Source: Welwitschia mirabilis
Taxonomy: Eukaryota
Direction of reading: 5' to 3'
Assembly: GCA_051453625.1 (NCBI GenBank)
Contig: JBOZIK010000001.1
Span: 49,725,339-49,789,338, forward strand
DNA length: 64,000 bases
Part shown: in pieces, positions 53,960 to 64,000 of the stretch
Layout of the letters: each line of letters begins with the position of its first letter
How positions within the stretch are numbered: the first letter of the stretch is position 1
The notes under the pieces: generated by a model
Seen by the model: only the letters and a program-made list of their open reading frames with translations
Told to the model about the DNA's origin: nothing
Database searches by the model: none
Position numbers and translations under genes: made by a program

Positions 53960-56900
53960 ACAAAGTTCAGAAATATAAGGATCCAAGGGCTGCTATATTA
54001 ACAGTTAATTTGGAAGTTAATTTTTGGCTTCATTATTATTTATTTAACTTGGATGCTAGTGTGAACCTTATATTTGAACATATAATATAAGGTTGAAGTT
54101 GTAGGATAGACTAGAACCCATTAATGTTATGCTAGAAATGTCTAATGGATCATTAAAAGGAGGCACAGGAATAATGAAAAATTTAGTGGTTTAAGTGGAA
54201 AAAGGATATGACCCTATTGATTTCGTAGTTTATAAGCTTAATNNNNNNNNNNNNNNNNNNNNNNNNNNNNNNNNNNNNNNNNNNNNNNNNNNNNNNNNNN
54301 NNNNNNNNNNNNNNNNNNNNNNNNNNNNNNNNNNNNNNNNNNGACTTTTGAAAGATAATAAAAAGTATGAAAAAGTTTTCAAGGAGTTGGTCAACAGGAA
54401 TAAGAAAAGAAATCTTCTAAAAAGGATTTATTGAGAAGATTAACAATTTTTATAGCTCAGATAACAAAGTCCAGAAATATAAGGATCCAAGGGCTGCTAT
54501 ATTAACAGTTACTTTGGAAGGCGAATTTTTGCTTAATTATTGTTTAGTTAACTTGGATGCTAGTGTGAACCTTATATTTAAACATATAATGCAAGGTTGA
54601 AGTTGCAAGATAGACTAGAACCCATTAATGTTATGCTAGAAATGGCTAATGGATCATTAACAGGAGGCATAGGAATAATAAAAAATTTAGTGGTTCAAGT
54701 GGAAAAAGGATATTAACATATTGATTTTGTAGCTTATAAGTTTAATAGTAGTAATGGTTATCCTTTAGTTTTAGAATCAGCTTGATTAGCAATAGTAAAT
54801 GGAATAATCAACACAAGAAGTGATGTCATAACCTTACAATTTGGAAGTTATAAGCTGGATGTAAAAGTATATAATACTACTAAAAGACATACAAGTTTGG
54901 ATGATGAGGAATTAGATAGCATTAATAATGTAAGTTTGATAAATACATTTAACTTAATATCATCTAAAACAACAAAGGAAATCACCCTAGTTTTATATTT
55001 TAATTACTCATCTTTATAGTTTACAGGCAATTTGTTATTAGTGGAATGATCCCTTACTTCATCTAATCCTTGTAATTTGAATGAGGATTTGGTGGGGTTT
55101 ACACCACATTTTAAGGAAGAAAAATTGATTAAGAGTCTAAGTAAATAAGAAAAGAAATTATCAAGGGAATACAACTATCTTCTAAGTGAGAACAGTCAAT
55201 TAATATCAATTGTCACAAATGAAAAAAGGCTATTGCAATCATTGCAACTTAAACCATTAGCCTCCAACCTAAAGTATGTTTTCTTGAATAAAGATGATAC
55301 TTAACCTCTAATTATTAGTTTATAATTAATATAATATCAAGAATAAAGTTTAATTCAACTTTTAAAAGGAAAGTTAAAGCCTTTACATGGACTCATAGTG
55401 ATCTTCTTGGAGTTTTACCACAATTGTGTATCATAAAATTTATTTAGATGCTAATATTAAACCTGTATGATAGCCATAAAGGAGTTTGCATCCAATCCAA
55501 AATAGGTAGTTAAAGATGAAATTATTAAATTACTTAATGTGAGTATCATTTATCCAATTACAAACAGCAAATGCATAAGTCCTATAACAGTTGTTCCTAA
55601 TCAAGATAATAAATGGTAAGTTTGTATTAATTTTTATAAGATAAATCAAGTGATAAAAAAAGATCACTTTTCATTACCATTTATTGATTAAGTTTTTAAC
55701 AAAATATAACATATAATTATTACTATTTATTGGATGGTTACAGTGGATATAATCAAATATAGATTGCTCTAGAAGATCAACATATAACCACATTCGCTTC
55801 CTCATTTGGTGTGTATGCATTTCAGCATATGCCTTTTGGATTGTCCAAAAACTCATGGATGATTTTTTAGTTTAGGGTTATTAATTTGATCAAACTTTGA
55901 GGAATTTAGAGATAGTTTTAGATAGATGTACAGAGAGTAGTCTCAAATAAAGTCAGAAAAAATCATTTTTTATGCTTACTAGAGGAGCAATATTGGGTCA
56001 TGTTATTTCTTATGATAGTATTAAAATGGATCCTTCTAAAATTTCAGTCTTCAAAATCTGCAACCATCTTCTAATGTTAAGAAATTAGGATCTTTTCTAT
56101 GTCACTCTAGATTTATTGAGGAGTACTTAAAGTTGTATAAACATTTACATCTCTTAATCGAGAAGGGTATTTCATTTCTTTGGACTAAAATATTTTAATA
56201 AGCCTTTGATAATTTAAAAATCATATTGATTGTTTCCCTAATCCTTCAAGGGCCTACTTAAGATTATCCTTTTGAATTGATGACTGGTGTTAGTAGTTAT
56301 GGTATTGGAGTTGTTTTGGATTAAAATATAGACAAGAAACATCATGTAATTTTTTTATTTTGACTACACTTTAAATGCTATCCAATGCAATTACTCTATC
56401 ACATAAATAGAAGTTCTTGTTGTTGTGCTATCATTTGATAAATTATGCCATTATCTTGTTGGTTTTCACACTAATGTTTATACAAATCATGCTACACTGA
56501 AGTACATGCTAGCTAACCTCACTTGAACTCTTATTACTTAATTGGATTTTTCTTCTTTAAGAATTTAACATTGCCATTATTAATAAAAAAAGAAACTAAA
56601 AATCTTATTGCTAATCACCTCTATTATTTACTTGTTCATCCTGATAAAAAATGTTAAGATAACTCTTTTGAATAATTTTCATATGAAGGAATCTTTCAGG
56701 TTCATACTTATTATTCATTCCTTCCTGATCCTTGATATGCAGACATTGCCAATTATCTTGTATATCATTAAAAACCCAAACAGTGATCTACTCTTAAACA
56801 TATGGTATTCTTGCATCAAATTAACCATTATTATTGAATACCTCCTTATCTTNNNNNNNNNNNNNNNNNNNNNNNNNNNNNNNNNNNNNNNNNNNNNNNN

Positions 56901-58740
56901 NNNNNNNNNNNNNNNNNNNNNNNNNNNNNNNNNNNNNNNNNNNNNNNNNNNNTTAAAATTTTTTAAAAAGCCTTTGATAATTTAAAAACCAAGTTGAGTG
57001 TTTCCCCAATCCTTCAAGGGCCTAATTGAGATTATCCTTTTAAATTGATAACTAATATTAGTAGCTATGATATTGGAGATGTTTTGAATTAAAAGATAGC
57101 CAAGAAACATTATATAATTTTTTATTTTTACTACACTTTAAATGCTATCCAATGCAATTACTCTATCACAGAAAGAGAAATTCTTGTTGTTGTGCTATCA
57201 TTTGATAAATTCTGCCATTATCTGGTTGGTTTTTACACTAATGTTTATACAAATCATGCTACACTAAAGTACATACTAGCTAGACCTCACTTGAACTCTT
57301 ATTACTTAATTGGATTTTGCTTCTCTAAGAATTTGACATTGCCATTATTAATAAAAAAGAAACTAAAAATCTTATTACTAATCACCTCTATCATTTACTT
57401 GTTCAACCTGATAAAAAATATCAAGATAACTCTTTTGAATAATTTCCATATGAAGAAATCTTTCATGTTCATACTTATTGTTCATTCCTTCCTGATCCTT
57501 GGTATGCAGACATTGATAATTATCTTGTATATCATTAAACACGTAAACAATAATCTACTCTTTAACATATGATATTCTTGCATCGAATTAACCATTATTA
57601 TTGAATACATTATTATCTTTTTAAAATATGTATTAATAACATGATTAGACGATGTGTGCCAAAGTGAGAGCATAAATAAATTTTGAGCTTATGTCATAAT
57701 GTATTAGAAGGAGGCCATTTTGATGGTGAAAAGACAACAATTAAAATCTTTCATGTAGGTTTATATTAGTCAACTATTTTTAAAGATGCCAGTGATTTTG
57801 TGAAGATATGTGATAAGTGTTAGAAGAAAAGAAGAATTAGAAGCAAAGATCAGATGCCACATCAACTAATCTTAGAATGTTAACCCTTTGATTGTTGAGG
57901 GCTAAATTTCATAAAATCCATAGAACCTTCATCTCATAAAAAATCCTATATCATTGTAGTAATAGACTATGAAACACATTGGACAGAGGCTATTGCAATA
58001 ATCAAGATGATGAAAAAATAGTTTGCAAATTTCTTAAAATTTATGTTTTAGCAAGATTTAGTTTTTCTCATATCTTATTTTCTTACTAAGAAACTCATGT
58101 TATAAATAATATAGTAAGCAAACCACTAACTTTAAATGGAATTGATTATAGAGTTGTAAATGTGTGTCACCCCCAAACTAATGCACTGATAAAAAGAGGA
58201 ATATAGAGAAATCAAGTGAATATTAGCAAAGTAATCAACACCCACAAGATACATTGGAGTGACAAGTTAGATGAAGTGATTTGAGCTTACAGAACAACCT
58301 ATAGGAATGTTTTGAATTATACCCCATATGAATTATTTATGGAAACTAATGCGTGTTACTAGATAAACTTATTTTTCAATATCTGAAAGCCATTACTTGT
58401 CTTAACACTACAAATCCATTGATTAATGTCCATCATTGGGTAGGTCAACTTAATTCATTGGATGAACAAAGAATGCAGCTACGAAATAGATAACTTCTAA
58501 TGAAGGAAAAAATAAAAGTTGAACATGATAAGCACCTATGTAAAAAAATCTTTATTGAAGGTGATTATGTTCTTTTATTTGATTCTAGGTTAAGTCATCT
58601 TCATAATAAATTGATGTCTAGATGGCAAGGTCCTTTTAAAGTTATCTAATAATATATCAATGGATTAGTTTTTCTCACAAATTTGGATGGGAATGGCACT
58701 TTTATAGTGAATGGTTAATGTTTAAAATCTTATTATTCTT
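53960..58740 (+). pseudogene. Athila-like pol: protease, RT, RNase H, integrase
   Basis: KYKDPRA..NLDASVNL..IDFV (PR); LKPLASNLKYVFL, KKDHFSLPFID, LDGYSGYNQI, PFGL, MDDF (RT); PFELMTGVSSYGIGVVL, NYSITEREILVVV (RH); GGHF..CDKC, VIDYETHWTEA, HPQTN, AYRTTYR, RWQGPFKV (INT). Confidence 0.92.
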
Positions 58741-61399
58741 AGAATATTATTAAGTAATATTTAAATTTAATAGAGGTAATATCTCTCGAGGAGTTAGACT
58801 ATGTGTTGTTTAGCTCACATTCACTATTATTTAATCAAGTTTAAATTATGCTTTTACTGTAAATACTATATATATTTAAAATAATAGTTCTTTTGGTATT
58901 ATACAACATACATTTATCTAAGGATGGCTACATCTTTTACAACTAGTAAGAGNNNNNNNNNNNNNNNNNNNNNNNNNNNNNNNNNTAATCTATGTAGTAG
59001 GTGCTAATAATCCATAAGGCTAGTGTTTTTTTAATACTACCATAACAATTTGGATCTCTTGAGCTTATCATCTAGAGTTCTAGAGTTTAATTATCTAATG
59101 GTACTTAGTACTTTAACATTTAAAAATGTTTTGAGTATGGTCTAAAACTTTGTGAGGAGAAATTCTAAGGACTAAATTGATATTATACCATCTGTTGACA
59201 GTACAATTGGCAGTCAGTTCTTTGTCCCATCTGAGGAGTACACTTATTAAGGTGCTAAGCTAATTNNNNNNNNNNNNNNNNNNNNNNNNNNNNNNNNNNN
59301 NNNNNNNNNNNNNNNNNNNNNNNNNNNNNNNNNNNNNNNNNNNNNNNNNNNNNNNNNNNNNNNNNTATACTATCCATATATACAAAGAATCTATGTAGCA
59401 TGTGCTAATAATCCATAAGGTTGGAGTTTTTCAATACTATCATGACAATTTGGATCTCCTGAGCCGATCATCTAGAGTTCTAGATTTGAATTATCTAATG
59501 GGGCTTAGTACTTTAACATTTGAAAATGTTTTGGATATGATCTAAAACTTTGTGAGGATTAATTCTAGGGTCTTAGTTGATATTGTATCATCTATTGGTG
59601 ATAAAATTGGTAGTCAATTCTTTATCCCATCTGAGAAGTACACTTAATAAGATGCTAAGTTAATTTATTACTACATAAATTAGTTTTACTTAGAAGAAAA
59701 TGAAATGAAACAACATATTAAAAAACATTAAAAAATGCAAAGCTCATCTTATTGGTAATAATTTTTCTGGTTGCCCTATGAAATTATTTATTTGTATATA
59801 TCTAGCACTTAATTATCTATNNNNNNNNNNNNNNNNNNNNNNNNNNNNNNNNNNNNNNNNNNNNNNNNNNNNNNNNNNNNNNNNNNNNNNNNNNNNNNNN
59901 NNNNNNNNNNNNNNNNNNNNAATAAGGCAACATATTAAAAAACATTAAAAAATGCATAGCTCATCTTATTGGTAATAATTTTTATGGTTGTCCTATGAAA
60001 TTCTTTGTTTGTATATATTTAGCACTTAATTATCTATAAATATTTTTTTACTTACTATAATTTAGGCTGGGGAGATGAATTCCTATATGTACATAGGCCT
60101 ATTTTAACCTCCTCTTTTTATAAAACCTAAATGTTCTTTTTCAATGTCAAATAGTTCTTGAATATAATGAGATTTCTCTAAATGTTTGTCATTCACTATC
60201 TAAATTTTTAGCATTCTCTCTAATAGTGAAACACTGACTCATGTTAAGCTAAGATATCTAACACTTACTGTTTTATTATCATTTTAATAGCTCAAGTAAA
60301 TAGCTTCAATAGGTACGAGTATTAGAAGGAAGTATTGTTATTGTCATAATTTCCCATATTTGAAGTTCTTTACTAACATATAGAGGTTACATAAAGACAT
60401 CAATTTAGGTATTAGGTTTAGAGACTAATTAGTTATCAAATTCTAAAATTATCATGCATCTAACCAACTAGAAACTTATCTTTCATTTTTCTATAATCTT
60501 TTGAACAATGCTTATATGCAAATATGATGCAAAAGTGATGTGAAGGCTTAGTCTAAACCTTCAGTATGCTGACATGTGTCCTTACTAATATGCATAAAGT
60601 TGCAACTTAACTTTGTAAAAAACATCTATCTCACCAAATGCCATATGTCCTGATGCAAAATTTGCATACTTCATGCATTTAAAAGCCCTTCAAAATACTT
60701 ACCTTGTTATTTCCACCTTGCATTTCATTCACCTAGAACCCTACATTTGCCTATACTTAATAATGCATTACTATGTTTATTTCATGATATTTCTCAATTG
60801 TTGAATTATTCTGCATCCTCTAGCAATGGAGGTAATGTTCTTCTATCAGAAATGAACTTCATTTTCATTATTCCTTTATATAAAATGCATTATCTTTGCT
60901 TTCTATTCCATTATTCTTAAACTCTTCATCTTTGACAAATTTGTTCTTTTTTATTTTTCAAAGTAAAATTTTCTTTAGTGGAGAATGGCAATAGTTGATA
61001 GAAAAAAGGGTGAAAATGGGCTTCTAATAGAAACATATCATAGAAATATATTCTCCAAATTTTTATGTGTAAACATATGCCTTCTTTCTTTTCTGAAGGG
61101 CGTTTAGCATTTAGAGTTGCTATTATAGATGTTAATATAGTGAATTAACAACTCTAATAAGTTGGAAATAATAAAATATCACTATATTTTAGTTCCTAAA
61201 CCTTCCAACAGNNNNNNNNNNNNNNNNNNNNNNNNNNNNNNNNNNNNNNNNNNNNNNNNNNNNNNNNNNNNNNNNNNNNNNNNNNNNNNNNNNNNNNNNN
61301 NNNNNNNNNNNAGTTGAAAACAATAAAATCTTACTATATTTTAGTTTCTAAACCTTCCAGCAGTTCTTGTACATGCACTTAACAATGAAATCTTGGGAA

Positions 61400-64000
61400 A
61401 AACATGCTAGAATATCAACACGTCCTTGTAGATTTTAAGAAGAGGAAATTAGCCTAGAATAAAGAGAATGAACCATAAAAATTTTCAATAATTAATGAAA
61501 TGCAAAGTAAAGAAGGGCCTTTGAAGTCTAAAAATGCAAATCTTCTGTGAAATACCAAACAATTGTAGAAAAGTTAAAAGATAAGCAAAAATCACTACAG
61601 AATTGAGAAAGCAAAAACGTGTAGAAAAAGAAGAAACTTCTAAAAAGAACTTGGTTAAATAGACAATAGAAAAGTTACTAGAAACTCNNNNNNNNNNNNN
61701 NNNNNNNNNNNNNNNNNNNNNNNNNNNNNNNNNNNNNNNNNNNNNNNNNNNNNNNNNNNNNNNNNNNNNNNNNNNNNNNNNNNNNNNAACACCTTCCTAG
61801 GAATAGAATACTAATTAATCTAACTATTTAAAAAAAGTCATGATAGAAACTTATAGACAATCCAGACCTAATTAAATACTTGATCTAATACTAAAACATG
61901 AACCAATAAAAAAAACATATTTTGAAGGCAAAAATAAAGGCAACTAACGAATCTAAAGGGAAGTAGGTTTAGAAGAATTCTAGAGTCAAAACTAAAGCAT
62001 AGATTCAAAAGGAAACTAAAGAGGAATAATAACAAAAAGAATAAGAGAATGAATAGCCAATGACTGAAACATTAAAATAAATTCTTGAGCCTCTTTAACT
62101 TACTAGTTAGAAACTTATCAAAAGTAAATCTTCCTCCAAGGATAAGGCAAATAGGTTGATAGCACTATCACTATTTAGGAATAAGTTGTAGATCAGCCAA
62201 ATAATTTAGATGAACAGTTAATAGAGATTGCTAGATGACCAAAAACTGAATAACTACTTGACATTAAACAAGTGGACATGCCAAAGAGGAGAAAAATAAA
62301 ACAAAAACTGAATCACAGGAAGAGCCCAAGGAATATACAAGAAAATGAAAGTATGAGAACTAGCTAGAAGTAAAAGTAAACTAAGAAACTAGCTAAAGTT
62401 GTAGTAATGAAGGAGGTTCTAGCTCCTATGGAAAGAAGTTCTAAAACCAAAGTTAACAAATGATTAAAGACACAGGTTGTAGAAGAAAATCTTTCTAAAA
62501 TGCAGGAATAGCCAAAACATAAGTAGAAATATCATGAAATGGAATAGAAAAGATCTTCACTACCTAAAGTAAAGATGACTATGCAAGATTACATTCAGCA
62601 TTTGATAGACTGATGAACATAAATTCAAGCTTATGAGTATGATTGAATGGTTTTTTATAGAAGAAATTAACATGTTACCATTATTTTCCCATCTCTTTCT
62701 AATTATTTATGATAGAAGTAAAGGTTTGGAATTTGATTATTTAGTCTCTTACCAAGGCAAGTATTTTTCATAGGAGGTCAAATAATTTTATGGTAGCCTC
62801 AAATTAGAAATCTGATTTTCTACTACTGCTGATGTAAAGGATATTCTTTTTGCTTCTATGAATAATGTTCAAGTTAAAATTGATCCTGAGATCATGAGGT
62901 AAGTTATAGCAACGTCCTATGAAAATGTTCCTATTTGGAAGAAGAACCATAAAGTAGAAAACAGGAAAAGAGTTATTATTGTAGCAAAAAATAAAGACAT
63001 TCTAAAATCCTATGCATTAGAAATANNNNNNNNNNNNNNNNNNNNNNNNNNNNNNNNNNNNNNNNNNNNNNNNNNNNNNNNNNNNNNNNNNNNNNNNNNN
63101 NNNNNNNNNNNNNNNNNNNNNNNNNAATCTAAGTTTTTGAAAAAAAGTCATGATAGAAACTTATAGACAGTCTAAACCTAATTAAGTACCTAATTTAATT
63201 CTAAAACATGAACCACTAAAAAAACATATTTTAAAGGCAAAAATAAAGGAAACTAAGGAATCTAAAGGGAAGTAAGTTCAAAAGACTTATAGAGTCAAAA
63301 ATAAAGCACAGATTCAAAAGGAAACTAAAGAGAAATAATTATAAAAAGAATAAGAGAATGAATAGCCAATGACCGAAACATTGTAATAAATCCTTGAGGC
63401 TCTTCAACTTATTAGTTAGAAACTTATCAAAAGTCAATCTTCCTCCAAGGATAAGGAAAAGAGTGTTGATAGCACTATCACTATTTAGGAATAAGTTGTA
63501 GATCAGCCAGATAATTTAGATGAAAACTTGATAGAGATTGCTAAATGACCAAGTTCTAAATAGCTACTTTACCCTAAACAAGTGGACATGCCAAAGAGAA
63601 AAAGAAAAACAAAAACCAAACCACAGGAAGAGTCCAAGAAATATATAAGAAAAGTAAGGATGAATAACTAGCTAGAAGTAAAAGTAAATTAAGAAAATTA
63701 GCTGAAGCTGTAGTATTGGAGGAGGTGCTAGCTCCTATGGAAAGAAGTTCTAAAAACAAAGATACCACACAATTAAAGACACAGGTTGTAGCAAAAAATC
63801 TTTTTAAAATGTAGGAATAGCTAAAAGATAAGTATGAATATCATAAAATAGAATAGAAAAGTTCTTCACTACCTAAAGTGAAGATGACTATGCAATATTA
63901 CATTCAGCAGTTGATAGACTAATGAACATAAATTCAAGCTTATGGGTATGATTGAATGGTTTTTTAGAGAATAAATTAACATGTTACCATTATTTCCCTA
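61400..64000 (+). pseudogene. Extra 3' ORF of the Athila-like element (env-like position; K/E-rich N-terminus plus Transposase_32-like segment)
   Basis: Purine-rich K/E-coding stretch, then GLEFDYLVSYQGKYFS*EVK*FYGSLK...VQVKIDPEIMR*VI (about 62720-62910), resembling the V.EFY.nL pattern. Duplicated from 63127. Confidence 0.5.

Larger units (their letters stand above)
47522..64000 (+). mobile_element. Degenerate Ty3/Gypsy Athila-like retrotransposon (partial 5' LTR, PBS, gag, pol, extra ORF); 3' LTR not in window
   Basis: tRNA-Asp-type PBS, gag, then PR-RT-RH-INT order and a downstream extra ORF. Many segments are present twice. Confidence 0.88.

Overview
A very AT-rich, heavily gapped eukaryotic scaffold, most likely from a land plant (judged from plant-type LTR primer-binding sites and L1/Athila/Tat domains). 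It consists almost entirely of decayed transposable elements, and I find no intact host gene, rRNA, tRNA or CRISPR array. From left to right: a Ty3/Gypsy (Tat-like) element with a tRNA-Asn PBS and gag, whose second LTR ends inside the integrase of a minus-strand Ty1/Copia element; a minus-strand RTE-like LINE relic next to a minus-strand PIF1/Helitron-type helicase relic; a near full-length plus-strand L1 LINE that carries a DnaJ/J-domain (HPD) reading frame between ORF2 and its poly(A) tail; two more L1 fragments; and a large Athila-like Gypsy element with an extra 3' ORF. Almost every 100-N gap is followed by a diverged second copy of the preceding sequence (about 9% in the one pair I counted), so two haplotypes, homoeologues or paralogues appear to be interleaved. 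All reading frames were translated by eye and are broken by stops that fit C>T/G>A decay. Boundaries are approximate.
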